Assembly (NCBI GenBank): GCA_016937995.1
Contig: JAFGVM010000002.1
Location: forward strand, 1-43,884
Length of the DNA stretch: 43,884 bases
Direction of reading: 5' to 3'
Source: Candidatus Delongbacteria bacterium
Lineage (GTDB): Bacteria > UBA4055
Shown here: positions 1 to 10,596 of the stretch, piece by piece
Layout: the number at the start of each line of letters is the position of its first letter
Numbering within the stretch: position 1 is the first letter of the stretch
Notes under the pieces: generated by a model
Told to the model about the DNA's origin: nothing
The model's input: only the letters and a program-made list of their open reading frames with translations
The model's database searches: none
Position numbers and translations under genes: made by a program

Positions 1-3000
1 ATCATTTGGGACCAAAAAGTTTATTGTGGTAGTCGGATTGAACGGATTAGGGTAGTTCTGTTCTAATTCATAATTCTCAATTTTCCATTCTCCATCATCA
101 ATTGAACTCTCATCATCACATAAAGCTTTTATACAAAAATTAGCGGTCTGAGGTTTATCTATTGCCATATTATCATATAGATCAAGCCATGCCCCCTCGC
201 TTTTATAGAAACTCTCTCCCGCTGAAGCAGTTGAACGGTAAGGTAACCAATTGGAAGTAGGAGTTACTGAACTTTGATCATAAGGTTGTCCCCCGTTCGA
301 TAAATACAGATAAACATAGAAATCATCAGCATTAGGAATTGTAGTTACAGATGGGAGATCTATTGTATGGAAACCTTTATAATCGATATGACCGGAAGTA
401 GTGACCAGTGGAGAGGCAAGTTCAAAACCATCGAATTCATCATATATCGTTACTGTATAATCGACATTGTCCTTTGCCACGAAAAAGCTCACAGCAACAA
501 TATCTTCCTCTTTCTCTGAAGTGAAAGCATTGAATGCTTCATCAACATCTGACATTGTATCACTCCATCCATGATAATCGTGGTAATATATCTTGTCATA
601 TTTCATAGGTTCAACATTCTGGAAAGACATTGCACCCTCAGGGTCACGACCAATATATTTGTCGTAATATGATGCCCAGAAATAACCATCTTCACCCCAT
701 TCAGAACCCCAGCTGTTCTTACACAGCCATGCACCTGGTCCGGGGGGTATGTTGTAAGAAGATGTTTTATCATCATCCCAACCCACTATTGAAACCGCAT
801 GAGTAATATACCAAGGCTGTTCAGGGTCCTGATAATGGAAATGATCTGCTGTATACATAAAATCGTAGGAATAGCAGAAAGAAGTACCGATCACACCATT
901 TTCCATAATAGTTTTTTTAATCACATCAATTCCATTCAGATTTTCATCCATTGAATGCCATTCAATATCTTTTGGGTAGAAATAATGATATGTATCTGAA
1001 AATCTTGCCGGTTGGAAACCATCAGGAGCATCGATCTCTCTTACGAAACCTTCACCTCTGGATAAATATGCAGAAGTTACCAGATAATCACCTCTGTTAT
1101 GAAGCTCAAGACCTTCCCCGTCCTCAGGATATATGTCCTGATTATAAAAATCATTAAATCCGTTCCACCAGTCAAGATGGTTTTCCGAAAGATTCGGTTC
1201 ACCTGTTTCTCCTGCTGCTTCCCACATACCTGATTTCAACAGGCTTCCTTCGGTAGCTGAACATGCAGCCATACACCAGCAAGTACCAGTTACCTGTTCT
1301 TTTACTGAAGTAACATAATTCGTTCCAAGTGAAGTTCTGAGATCAAATGATTTTGGCATTGAACTGATCCACTGAACAGGATACACAGCACTGTTAACTG
1401 TGTTCCCTCCATTATCCACGATAACAAACTTAATTTCTCCGGCTGCTAACTCCGACTCCGCAGGAATTGTACCGATCATGTTGAAGAGATTTATATACTG
1501 GACCTTGGAATTTGTAAACGGTATCTCTGTTTGTGTTGCGAATCCGTCTTTACTGAAATACCCTGTGCATGATGTAATGCCTGAATGATCAGATATTGTC
1601 AGATTGATATTTGCAGGTTTATTGACCTGAACAATATTACCAACTACTTTTTCAATAACCGGATTCCACTCATCAACAACGAATTTTACCGTATAATTAC
1701 CGGTAGTCAGAGTAGAACCTGTTAAATTTGTCACGTCAAAGTAAATACTTCCCGTTGCAATTGAGTCTTTCGCAGGTATGTCACCCTGCCACAACTCTTC
1801 CCCTTTGACCCTTACCATATTTACATCATTATAAGTAGCTCCACCATCAAATGTATAGTGCATTACAGCTGTCTGAATATATGATCTGTCGTAAAGTCCA
1901 AGACTAACTGTCATATCCTCATTTATAAAAGTCCCCACAATTGGCAGAACAGTAAGATTTGCATATAGTTTATTTATTGTCGGAAGTTCGGTATTTACGA
2001 AGACCTCAACATCATCAATGAACCACTGGTCACAATAATCTCCCTCATAATGCCACCCGATCTGTATATCCTGTCCGGAAAAAGCGTCAAGGGAACAGAA
2101 AACCTGCTCATAAAGATTTTCTGAAGGTACCGTTGAACTTACCTGTGTCCAACTCACTCCACCGTCAGCAGTAACTGCAACCTCATGAAAACCAATGTAG
2201 TCAACATAGCGACTTGCTTCCCAGTATGATAACAGAATATTACTTTCATCCGGTAAAGTGAACAGAGGTGAGATCAACCAGTCATCCTGTGTTCCGGTAT
2301 CATCCAGATGATTCATCTGATAACTACCTGTATGAGGTTTGGTATAGACCTGACTAGTATACTGGTGATTCCAGCCTGCACCAACAGAATTTAATGACCA
2401 GCCTTCACTGAATGGATCAGTCTCAAAACTTGTCAATAACAATGGATTATCCTTAGACCAGTTTACCTGATATTCGTTCGAAGCTACTGAATTACCAAGA
2501 TCATCCTCAACGTTAAATCTTAAAATTGCAGAAACACCATCAGGTTGACCGGGTATCTGACCGTAAAAATTATTTTCGCCTTTGTCTGACATAAGATCAA
2601 AAGATGTCCATGTTGAGCCATTGTCGAATGAATATTCGCCTATTACCGGAGAAATGATAGTGCTCTGATCCTGAATAGTCAATCGGATAACCGCATTGAT
2701 ATCCTGGTAACATTCAGTACCTGTAATGTTTCTTATGGACGGAGGGTAAACATCCGTACCCTCAAATGGTGAAAGCTGCACTCGTAATATGTGCTCGTAA
2801 TTTTCACTTTCCTGAGTAAACAAGGTCCAGTCCCCTGCAGTTCCTGTATAACTGTTGGTAGTTTCCAGAACATCTGAAGTGACCTGAGTAGGTAATCCTT
2901 CACTGTTAGCTCTGACAGCAACATAAAAATCATCGTTAAGAACGATAGGAGATGACAAATAATGATAATTATAATCAACAATTGATGTAAGCCTTGATTT

Positions 3001-3315
3001 CTGATATAAAACAGTTGATCCGTCCTTATCATAAACTGCAAAACCGTATTCATCCCCATCACTGTACAAAAAAGACGCAATAGCCTGAAGATTTACCGGA
3101 TATTCAAGCCCGAAATCATTTACATTAAAATACACTGCCCTTTCATCGGGTATGGGCATTACCCAGCTTGGATTATTTGAATAGCTCTCCCATGTAGAAT
3201 CCTTGCTTTGGATCACTGGAAATTCATCTGTCAACTTTCCTCTTTGATCATACCAATCCTGTGCAAGAATGTTGGTAATTAAAACAACTAATAATAACAG
3301 GAATACTTTCTTCAT
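1..3315 (-). CDS. Secreted papain-family (C1A) cysteine protease with N-terminal accessory domains and T9SS-type C-terminal domain; 3' end truncated by the window edge
   Basis: Absent from the ORF track because no stop codon lies in the window. Manual translation from ATG at 3315 (GGAG upstream) gives MKKVFLLLLVVLITNILAQ, then SVKEQVTGTCW (catalytic Cys), YITHAVSIVGWDD (His), WLCKNSWG (Asn) and [12 protein letters not shown] near position 1, in the same frame as the start. Paralog of 3381..6125. Confidence 0.9.
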   Translation of the reverse strand, partial: MKKVFLLLLVVLITNILAQDWYDQRGKLTDEFPVIQSKDSTWESYSNNPSWVMPIPDERAVYFNVNDFGLEYPVNLQAIASFLYSDGDEYGFAVYDKDGSTVLYQKSRLTSIVDYNYHYLSSPIVLNDDFYVAVRANSEGLPTQVTSDVLETTNSYTGTAGDWTLFTQESENYEHILRVQLSPFEGTDVYPPSIRNITGTECYQDINAVIRLTIQDQSTIISPVIGEYSFDNGSTWTSFDLMSDKGENNFYGQIPGQPDGVSAILRFNVEDDLGNSVASNEYQVNWSKDNPLLLTSFETDPFSEGWSLNSVGAGWNHQYTSQVYTKPHTGSYQMNHLDDTGTQDDWLISPLFTLPDESNILLSYWEASRYVDYIGFHEVAVTADGGVSWTQVSSTVPSENLYEQVFCSLDAFSGQDIQIGWHYEGDYCDQWFIDDVEVFVNTELPTINKLYANLTVLPIVGTFINEDMTVSLGLYDRSYIQTAVMHYTFDGGATYNDVNMVRVKGEELWQGDIPAKDSIATGSIYFDVTNLTGSTLTTGNYTVKFVVDEWNPVIEKVVGNIVQVNKPANINLTISDHSGITSCTGYFSKDGFATQTEIPFTNSKVQYINLFNMIGTIPAESELAAGEIKFVIVDNGGNTVNSAVYPVQWISSMPKSFDLRTSLGTNYVTSVKEQVTGTCWCMAACSATEGSLLKSGMWEAAGETGEPNLSENHLDWWNGFNDFYNQDIYPEDGEGLELHNRGDYLVTSAYLSRGEGFVREIDAPDGFQPARFSDTYHYFYPKDIEWHSMDENLNGIDVIKKTIMENGVIGTSFCYSYDFMYTADHFHYQDPEQPWYITHAVSIVGWDDDKTSSYNIPPGPGAWLCKNSWGSEWGEDGYFWASYYDKYIGRDPEGAMSFQNVEPMKYDKIYYHDYHGWSDTMSDVDEAFNAFTSEKEEDIVAVSFFVAKDNVDYTVTIYDEFDGFELASPLVTTSGHIDYKGFHTIDLPSVTTIPNADDFYVYLYLSNGGQPYDQSSVTPTSNWLPYRSTASAGESFYKSEGAWLDLYDNMAIDKPQTANFCIKALCDDESSIDDGEWKIENYELEQNYPNPFNPTTTINFLVPND
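53..114. repeat. 62-bp exact direct repeat, copy 1 (copy 2 at 3625..3686), in the linker of the two protease paralogs
   Basis: tagttctgttctaattcataattctcaattttccattctccatcatcaattgaactctcatc is identical at both positions. Confidence 0.9.
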
Positions 3316-3380
3316 TTTTTCTCCGAATTTTATCCGTTTAAATTATTAATAACTAATCTTTTAGCAAAACGCTATGACAT

Positions 3381-6125
3381 CTATTTCATTAATACCATTT
3401 TTTTGGTTGATTCCTTTACTCCGTTTACATCAAGAGAATAATAATAAACTCCACTGTTCAAATCAGATGCATCGAATGTGACAGAATGTCTTCCAAGATT
3501 CTTAACTCCATTGAAAAGTGTAGAAACCAGCTGACCATTCACATTATAAACAATTAATTTCACTTTTGAATTGTCGTGTGGAACTGAGAAATTAATCGTA
3601 GTGTTCGGATTGAAAGGATTTGGATAGTTCTGTTCTAATTCATAATTCTCAATTTTCCATTCTCCATCATCAATTGAACTCTCATCGTCACAAAGAGCCT
3701 TAATACAAAAATTAGCTGTTCCCGGATATTCGATCTTATCGTTGTAGTAAAGATCATTCCACACTCCACCGTTTTTATAATAGCTTTCCCCTTCTGATGC
3801 TGATGATTCTACAATTGTCTTAGACTTTGCACCAAGAAGGACCGGAATATCGGAAGTTCTATCGAACGCATGTCCACCTTGAGACAAAGTTAACTGCACG
3901 TAAAAATCATCTGCTGCCGGAACATTCACGATCGACGGAAGATCTACAGTGTGAAATCCTTTGTATTCAATGTACCCTGATGTAGTTGACAGAAGGTTCT
4001 GCAGATCTGTACCATTAAAATCATCATAAATATTCACAGTGTAGTTAACGTTGTTCGTGGCGGTGTAAAAACTGACAGCGACTATATCTTCTTCTTTTAG
4101 TGATGTAAAGGCATTGAATGCTTCATCAACATCCGTCATTGTATCTCTCCAGCCATGATAATCATGATAGTAAATATTATCGTATTTTAAAGGTTCAACA
4201 TCAATGAATGATATCGCTCCCATTTCAATATTTTTAGTACAGTGTTTATCAAAATAAGATATCCAGAAATAACCGTCTTCGTAACCCCACCATTCACCCC
4301 AGCTGTTCTTTATCAACCATGCACCAGGACCTTCCGGAGCCTGAGTAATCTTGTCATCATCCCAACCAACAATGGCAACAGCATGATTTGGATCCTGAAG
4401 ATCAGAAGGTGGTTGATAATGTATGTTATCATTGTTCAGAAATGAAGAATCATACATTAAACAAGTTCCCATTACTCCATACTGAATTACTTTCTCTTTT
4501 ATGAGGCTACGGCTTTCCCAAGTATTATCCGTAGTGTACCATTCTATATCTCTAGGATAATAATAGTGATATGTTTCTTCACTTCGTCTAGGAGCAATAT
4601 CATACGACTGTCCGTCAATATCTCTTACAGCTCCTTCACCTCTACTCATATAGGCTGCTGTGACCAGATAATCCCCCCCCATGTGAACTTCTAATCCAGA
4701 TCCGTTCGATGGATCTATATCATCGTTATTATGCTCATTAAAACCATTCCACCAGTCAAGATGATATTCAGCAAGATTCGGTTCTCCGGTTTCCCCGACT
4801 GCTTCCCAGATACCGGACATAAGAAGATTGCTCTCCATTGCCGCCATAGCACCATGAGTCCAGCATGTACCCCCTTGTTGACTCTTGACTGAAGTAACAT
4901 AATTTTTATCAAGAGAAGTTCTAAGATCAAATGTTGCAGGATAAGCTTGTATCCATTTTTTAATGTATTCATCCGTGTATGTAACATTTCCTTCAGCATC
5001 CTCAATTGTGAACTTAATTTTACCATCAAGTACTAATTCTGTTTCAGCAGGAATAATACCCGAATAAATGTATTCGTGTATTTTTGATGGAGTCATTTCA
5101 AAATCATATTGAGTAAACCAGTCATCTTTTGAGTAGTGACCCATGCAGGATGTTATTTCAGATTCATCTTCAAAATTGATTTCTATTTCAGCTGATTCAT
5201 TAACAAAAGTCATTAATCCTGTCACATATTTAAAATTCGGAGGAATCGTGTCAAGAGCAAATACTAACGGATAATCGGTAGAAACCGTAAGATTTCCACC
5301 TATGTCATACAGGTCAAAATAAATATATCCCGATATTTCGTAAGTGAAAGTTGGAATACTTCCTTCCCAAAAATTCTCGTTGATTTCAGAGCGTTCGAAT
5401 ACTAGATCAGTTAATACTGCATCACCCTCAAATGAGTAATGACCAGTAACTGTGTCAGTTCCTGACCTGTCAGTAACATTTAATATTAAGGTCATATCGT
5501 TATTCAAAAATGCCCCGATGTCAGGTAATAATGCACTATTAGCCACAATATCGGTAATTACGGGTCCTTCTGCATCATGGAAAACTTCAATATCATCGAT
5601 GAACCACTGTGTGCTATAATCACCTGTATAATGAAATCCGATCTTTATATCCTGTCCGGTATAATCATGTATGGAAGCGGTTACAGCATATTGATCCCCA
5701 TCAATGATGTTTGCAGCAACATATGCAGGACCTTCTGACCAAATTACAGTAAAACTTACTCCCCCGTCTGTAGAAACACCTACTTCATGAATCCCGTCCA
5801 TATATTGTGTCCAGTAAACTGACTCCCAGAAACATAACGTAGCACTGTTTCCGGCCGGGATTGAGATTAATGGAGTGATCAACCAATCGTCTTGTGTACC
5901 ATAATCATCCATGTGAGCAGCTGCCTTTTGACCACTGTGTATAAACCCGCCCGAACTTACAGTTGATTCTTTAAAACCAGCACCTATAGATGTTAAAGAC
6001 CATCCATCAGGAGGGAAAACATCATTTTCAAAACCTTCGGAAAGAAGAATAGATTCTTTATCTGCTTTTTGTTGAGCAAACAATAAAATATTGATAAACA
6101 GGATTATAGTTATAAATCTTTTCAT
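3381..6125 (-). CDS. Secreted papain-family (C1A) cysteine protease with cleaved-adhesin-like N-terminal domain, lectin-like domain and T9SS-type C-terminal sorting domain
   Basis: Signal peptide; QDDWLITP...WFIDDI adhesin-like motif; [22 protein letters not shown] and WLIKNSWG catalytic triad; C-terminal QNYPNPFNP...SGVYYY...KKMVLMK; GAGG upstream of ATG. Confidence 0.92.
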   Translation of the reverse strand: MKRFITIILFINILLFAQQKADKESILLSEGFENDVFPPDGWSLTSIGAGFKESTVSSGGFIHSGQKAAAHMDDYGTQDDWLITPLISIPAGNSATLCFWESVYWTQYMDGIHEVGVSTDGGVSFTVIWSEGPAYVAANIIDGDQYAVTASIHDYTGQDIKIGFHYTGDYSTQWFIDDIEVFHDAEGPVITDIVANSALLPDIGAFLNNDMTLILNVTDRSGTDTVTGHYSFEGDAVLTDLVFERSEINENFWEGSIPTFTYEISGYIYFDLYDIGGNLTVSTDYPLVFALDTIPPNFKYVTGLMTFVNESAEIEINFEDESEITSCMGHYSKDDWFTQYDFEMTPSKIHEYIYSGIIPAETELVLDGKIKFTIEDAEGNVTYTDEYIKKWIQAYPATFDLRTSLDKNYVTSVKSQQGGTCWTHGAMAAMESNLLMSGIWEAVGETGEPNLAEYHLDWWNGFNEHNNDDIDPSNGSGLEVHMGGDYLVTAAYMSRGEGAVRDIDGQSYDIAPRRSEETYHYYYPRDIEWYTTDNTWESRSLIKEKVIQYGVMGTCLMYDSSFLNNDNIHYQPPSDLQDPNHAVAIVGWDDDKITQAPEGPGAWLIKNSWGEWWGYEDGYFWISYFDKHCTKNIEMGAISFIDVEPLKYDNIYYHDYHGWRDTMTDVDEAFNAFTSLKEEDIVAVSFYTATNNVNYTVNIYDDFNGTDLQNLLSTTSGYIEYKGFHTVDLPSIVNVPAADDFYVQLTLSQGGHAFDRTSDIPVLLGAKSKTIVESSASEGESYYKNGGVWNDLYYNDKIEYPGTANFCIKALCDDESSIDDGEWKIENYELEQNYPNPFNPNTTINFSVPHDNSKVKLIVYNVNGQLVSTLFNGVKNLGRHSVTFDASDLNSGVYYYSLDVNGVKESTKKMVLMK
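3625..3686. repeat. 62-bp exact direct repeat, copy 2
   Basis: Identical to 53..114. Confidence 0.9.
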
Positions 6126-6242
6126 AATATCCTCACTTCTAATTTATTTCTAAAAACTTAGTCATTTTATTCTTTTTTTACAAGTTTTAAAAGTCTTAAT
6201 TTATCATTATATTTACGTGAAATGACGATTATAGGGGATAAA

Positions 6243-6839
6243 ATGAAAATATTGCTTGCTACACACAACAAAAATAAGATAAAAGAAATAAAAGCAGCTT
6301 TAAAAGATCCTGAAATTGAAATATTGTCCATGGACGACTTTCCTGATCTGCCTGATGTTATAGAAGATGGCGATACACTTGAGCATAATTCTCTTAAAAA
6401 AGCAAAAGAGATCTATCAATACTCCGGAATTACTACTTTAGCGGATGATACCGGACTTGAAGTTGAGTATTTGAACGGAGAACCGGGAGTGTTTTCTGCA
6501 AGATGGGCAGGTGAAGATTGTTCTTATGAGGATAATAACCGTAAAATGCTTAGAGAACTTAATGGTGTTGGCATTGACAAAAGAAATGCTGTTTTCAGAT
6601 GTGTAATAACTTTATTTGGTGAAAACTTACATAAAACTACAGAAGGTGTTCTGAAAGGAAAAATAATCGAGAAGCTTTCAGGAAATCAGGGTTTTGGATA
6701 TGATCCTATTTTTCAACCTGATGGTTATGATACAACTCTGGCAGAAATGTCGCTTGATGATAAAAACAGGATCAGTCACAGAGGCTTAGCTGTAAAAGCT
6801 ATGGCTGAAGTTATTTGCAGAATAAAAAAAGACACCTGA
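6243..6839 (+). CDS. rdgB: Non-canonical purine NTP pyrophosphatase (dITP/XTP, HAM1 family)
   Basis: LATHNKNK, ADDTGLEV, GEPGVFSAR, GFGYDPIF and KNRISHRG motifs. Start moved from 6222 to ATG 6243, which follows GGGGA. Confidence 0.95.
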   Translation: MKILLATHNKNKIKEIKAALKDPEIEILSMDDFPDLPDVIEDGDTLEHNSLKKAKEIYQYSGITTLADDTGLEVEYLNGEPGVFSARWAGEDCSYEDNNRKMLRELNGVGIDKRNAVFRCVITLFGENLHKTTEGVLKGKIIEKLSGNQGFGYDPIFQPDGYDTTLAEMSLDDKNRISHRGLAVKAMAEVICRIKKDT

Positions 6840-6851
6840 GGTGTCTTTTTT
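6825..6851. terminator. Bidirectional intrinsic terminator between convergent rdgB and the carboxyltransferase gene
   Basis: aaaaaagacacc-tga-ggtgtctttttt: 12-bp stem with A and T tails; the loop is the rdgB stop codon. Confidence 0.8.
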
Positions 6852-6855
6852 CATT

Positions 6856-8514
6856 CTAATACCAATTTTCTTTATACAAATTATCGTAATCTTCCTGAGT
6901 TAACTCCTTAGGCTTTATATCAACGTATGGAACATCAGGATTTGCCTTTATGAATTCTTTTTCTCTTATTTTTGTTAAAAATCCTACTGCTACATTTGGA
7001 AACAATTCAACTAAAAGTTCTTCTTTTTCAGTTATTGCCAGTTTTGTATATCCCAGATTTTGTAATAACGGATTATCCTGCTTCTTGTGCTTGCTTGTAT
7101 CGTAAGGAATCTCTTCAGGCGAACCACAAATTTTTTCACGGAACTTAGGATATACCGGAAAAGGAGTTTTTCCGTATTGCCCCTGTACAAGATTTACAAA
7201 TTGTGTCGTTGTTGTTGAATATTTTAGTTTACCGTTCTGCTCATCTAAAGCAAGGTTAACAGCCTGAGATCCTACTATTTGACTTGTCGGTGTAACTAAA
7301 GGAGGGCACCCTGCATCCACTCTGCATTTTGGTACAAGTTTTAAAGCTCTATTCATTAGATGGTCTAATTTAAGTTGTTTCAACTGAGCGACCATATTAG
7401 TGTACATTCCTCCAGGGATCTCGGCATCTTTTACCTGTTGATTCGGATCTGGGAAGTTGAAATATTTGGTTATCGCCTGTGTATGAACCAACAATTCATC
7501 TGTATTATCATTTTTAGCACATTCTACTGCTTTATCAAACAAATTATCAATATCAGTTTCAAGTTTATAATTTGAGATGTCAAATTCTATCGGAAACATC
7601 TTAGTAGTATCAAATTCAGCAAGCTCTTTTCTGATCTCTCTCAACTCTTTACTTATATTTGCAACTTCTTTTAGATCAACACCGGTATCAATTCCTAATT
7701 TATCACAGAATATCTGAATTAATTCAAAGGCAGGTGCCGCAGGTCCTCCTGCGAATGGCATTATTACTGCGTCCACAATATCTACACCATTTACAATAGC
7801 ACTGAAAATAGATGCCAGTCCGTAACCGGGTGTATCATGAGTGTGTAGATCGATCGGGATCTTAACTGCTTTTTTCAATTCTTTAATAAGTTCACTTGTT
7901 GTTGAAGGATGGATCAAACCGGCCATATCTTTTATGGTAATAATTTCAGCACCTTCTTTTTCAAGTTCTATAGCCTTATCAACAAAATAATTGATATTAA
8001 AAATGTTCTTTGGTAGTTTTTTCCTGCTTATAAATGCACTGATTTTATCTGCCAAGGTGAATTTCGGGTCAACAGTATAGCAAACAGCACAATCAGGAAT
8101 GCCACCATGCTGTTTTGAAAATTTAATTGATGATTTCATATTATCTATGTCGTTAAGAGCATCGAATATTCTTACAATATCAATTCCCGATTCAATAGCA
8201 TTCTTTGTAAATCCTTCAATAACATCTTCAGGATAAGGAGCATATCCAAAGAGATTTCTTCCTCTTGTAAGTGAAGTAAGTTTAGAAGTATTCCCTATTC
8301 CTGATTTTATTTTTTCCAGCCTTTCCCATGGATTCTCATTGAGATATCTCATTATAGAGTCGGGTACGGCTCCACCCCATACTTCACATGCATAAAATCC
8401 TGCTTTTGCATAAAATGGTAGAACTCTATCTACCTGAGCCTGGGTCATTCTTGTAGCAAACTGGGATTGCTGACCATCTCTTAAACTAAGATCACGTATT
8501 AATATCTTTTTCAT
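6856..8514 (-). CDS. Pyruvate/oxaloacetate carboxyltransferase (OadA / PycB / transcarboxylase 5S-like), no biotinyl domain
   Basis: LRDGQQS, EVWGGA, IKDMAG, LHTHDT, PGGMYTN and PPLVTPTSQIVG motifs; no AMKM biotin-attachment motif. Confidence 0.9.
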   Translation of the reverse strand: MKKILIRDLSLRDGQQSQFATRMTQAQVDRVLPFYAKAGFYACEVWGGAVPDSIMRYLNENPWERLEKIKSGIGNTSKLTSLTRGRNLFGYAPYPEDVIEGFTKNAIESGIDIVRIFDALNDIDNMKSSIKFSKQHGGIPDCAVCYTVDPKFTLADKISAFISRKKLPKNIFNINYFVDKAIELEKEGAEIITIKDMAGLIHPSTTSELIKELKKAVKIPIDLHTHDTPGYGLASIFSAIVNGVDIVDAVIMPFAGGPAAPAFELIQIFCDKLGIDTGVDLKEVANISKELREIRKELAEFDTTKMFPIEFDISNYKLETDIDNLFDKAVECAKNDNTDELLVHTQAITKYFNFPDPNQQVKDAEIPGGMYTNMVAQLKQLKLDHLMNRALKLVPKCRVDAGCPPLVTPTSQIVGSQAVNLALDEQNGKLKYSTTTTQFVNLVQGQYGKTPFPVYPKFREKICGSPEEIPYDTSKHKKQDNPLLQNLGYTKLAITEKEELLVELFPNVAVGFLTKIREKEFIKANPDVPYVDIKPKELTQEDYDNLYKENWY

Positions 8515-8595
8515 TTTTTTTCCTTGTTTCTGTTTGACCCTCTGAATCTATTCAAGAACACAATCAGACGCAATACTTTTTATACACAATATTTT

Positions 8596-8625
8596 TTGAC
8601 CTTATTTGAAATATTTTCTTATATT
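8596..8625 (+). promoter_or_regulatory. Candidate sigma70-type promoter of the pab operon
   Basis: TTGACC-18 nt-TATATT about 30 nt upstream of the pabA start; the AT-rich background lowers specificity. Confidence 0.4.
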
Positions 8626-8654
8626 TAACCGGTATATCACTTACTTGAGAATCT

Positions 8655-9245
8655 ATGAAGACAATACTCATATTCGACAACTACGATTCATTTACATACA
8701 ACCTGACTGATCTTATTATGAAGTCCAGACCTGATTATAATGTTATAGTCAAAAGAAACAGAGATATTGACATACTGAAAATTGATTACGATGTTTTAGT
8801 TATCTCACCAGGTCCTATGACATGGAAAGACACAGGTATTCTCAAAGAATTGTTTGAAGAAAAGAACATACCAAAAGAAATTCCAACTTTGGGTATATGT
8901 CTCGGGATGCAGTTCATAGCAGGTTACTATGGAATAAAAGTTGATAAAATTGAAAAACCAGTACACGGTTCTCAAGTAGAGATCGAGCATTTAAATGATC
9001 CATTTTTCAAGGATATACCTAATCAATTCAAATCTGTAAGGTATAATTCCCTAGGAATAATTGACAAAACAGATCAGTTCAAGAATATAGACTTTATCGC
9101 ATTTGAGAAAAACAGTGGATCGGTCATGGCTTTAAAACACAAGAACCTTCCTTTCGTAGGATTGCAATATCATCCTGAAAGCTTTTTATCAGAGTACGGT
9201 GACAGAACGTTAAATAACTTCTTTAAAATTTATGTGGAAAATTAA
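8655..9245 (+). CDS. pabA: Aminodeoxychorismate synthase component II (glutamine amidotransferase)
   Basis: DNYDSFTYNL, ISPGP, LGICLGMQ and QYHPES motifs; overlaps a pabB-like gene. Confidence 0.85.
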   Translation: MKTILIFDNYDSFTYNLTDLIMKSRPDYNVIVKRNRDIDILKIDYDVLVISPGPMTWKDTGILKELFEEKNIPKEIPTLGICLGMQFIAGYYGIKVDKIEKPVHGSQVEIEHLNDPFFKDIPNQFKSVRYNSLGIIDKTDQFKNIDFIAFEKNSGSVMALKHKNLPFVGLQYHPESFLSEYGDRTLNNFFKIYVEN

Positions 9246-10596
9246 ACCGGAAATATCAAAGAAAAAGTTGAGTTGGAACTTTGATCTTTTCTTTCATGCA
9301 GCTGACAAATTTGATGGAACTTTTCTGTTTACAAACGACACGGAAAACAACAGTGGGAAAAACATTCTCGGAGTAAATCCCGTAGTGGTTATTAATGAAA
9401 ACAATGTACAATATGGGAATAGATCAAAGAAGATCAGTGCACCACATCTAATCGATGAAATATTAAGTACTAACAACACTGATTTAAACTATCCGATTTT
9501 TTTAGGATATTTAGGATATGATTTTAAAGATAAACTTGAAGAGAAAGGTTTATATGCAGGTTTAGAACATGGAAATTTACCTCAAATATATTTTGTAATT
9601 TACGAATATTATATCATAACAGAAAACTTCAAAAAAGATGATTTTAATATAGTAAAATTAAATTTCGAGTTCGAACACACAAGATTTGATATAGAGAAAG
9701 TATTCAATTTAAAAATAAATGAAGATACCGGAGGATCCTCCAAATATATTGGTTCTTCACTTACAAGAAATGAATTCCGAGCCGGTGTTGAAAAGATCAA
9801 AAAATACGTTGAGCAGGGTGATATTTATCAGGCAAATCTGACAAGAGAAATTACTGGAACAACTGACATAAAACCAGTCGGACTTGCACAAAGATTATCT
9901 CAGTCAAATCCAATTGAATTTGGTGTTTTTTCCAAGGTAAATGATCATTACATAATATCAACAACTCCTGAGAGATTTTTCAGAGTCAAAGATAATGTGA
10001 TTACAGCTTCACCTGTTAAGGGTACCATCGAAAGAAGTATTGATACTGTTATCGATGAACAAAACCTGCAAATACTTTTAAACAGTGATAAAGACAAAGC
10101 AGAATTAGCTATGATAGTCGATCTTTTAAGAAACGATATGCATAAAATTTGTTCTGTAAATTCTGTATTTGTAAAAGATTTTCCTATGGTCAAGAAGTTA
10201 AATAATGTTTATCATTTATATTCAGAAATTGAGGGTGTGCTATCAGAGATCAGTTACAATAAGATATTCCGGGCTTTATTTCCATGCGGTTCAATTTCAG
10301 GCTGTCCTAAGGTCAGGTCATGCCAGATCATTGAAGAACTTGAAGGAATTGGACGGGGAGCATATACTGGAAGTTTCGGATATATAAACTTTAACACGAA
10401 TTCTGATTTCAATATATTAATTCGGACTTTGTTCTATAGGAACGGTTACATTTCCTTTAATGTCGGAGGAGGTATAACTCTGCTTTCCGATCCTGAAATG
10501 GAATATAGAGAAACAATTCACAAAGCAAACAACATCTACAACGCAATCAACATGGAAGAAATATGGGAAGAAAGATACTGTTTGACGGGAAAATAA
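9232..10596 (+). CDS. pabB: Aminodeoxychorismate synthase component I
   Basis: Chorismate-binding fold: GDIYQANL, PERFF, SPVKGT (Lys as in PabB PIKGT, not TrpE PIAGT), AELAMIVDLLRND, FPCGSISGCPK. Confidence 0.85.
   Translation: MWKIKPEISKKKLSWNFDLFFHAADKFDGTFLFTNDTENNSGKNILGVNPVVVINENNVQYGNRSKKISAPHLIDEILSTNNTDLNYPIFLGYLGYDFKDKLEEKGLYAGLEHGNLPQIYFVIYEYYIITENFKKDDFNIVKLNFEFEHTRFDIEKVFNLKINEDTGGSSKYIGSSLTRNEFRAGVEKIKKYVEQGDIYQANLTREITGTTDIKPVGLAQRLSQSNPIEFGVFSKVNDHYIISTTPERFFRVKDNVITASPVKGTIERSIDTVIDEQNLQILLNSDKDKAELAMIVDLLRNDMHKICSVNSVFVKDFPMVKKLNNVYHLYSEIEGVLSEISYNKIFRALFPCGSISGCPKVRSCQIIEELEGIGRGAYTGSFGYINFNTNSDFNILIRTLFYRNGYISFNVGGGITLLSDPEMEYRETIHKANNIYNAINMEEIWEERYCLTGK

Noticed and set aside
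951-1588. Short plus-strand ORFs 951..1157 and 1400..1588
   Set aside because: Antisense shadows of the C1A protease gene with no RBS or motifs.
2733-3080. 115-aa minus-strand ORF suggesting a frameshifted or split gene
   Set aside because: It is an alternative frame inside the continuous protease ORF starting at 3315; manual translation through this region showed no frameshift.
53-3686. Diversity-generating retroelement template/variable repeat pair
   Set aside because: No reverse transcriptase in the window, both copies are coding, and flanking differences are not adenine-specific.
8655-10596. Anthranilate synthase trpGE
   Set aside because: The PVKGT lysine, the adjacent class IV aminotransferase and the absence of other trp genes favour pabAB.
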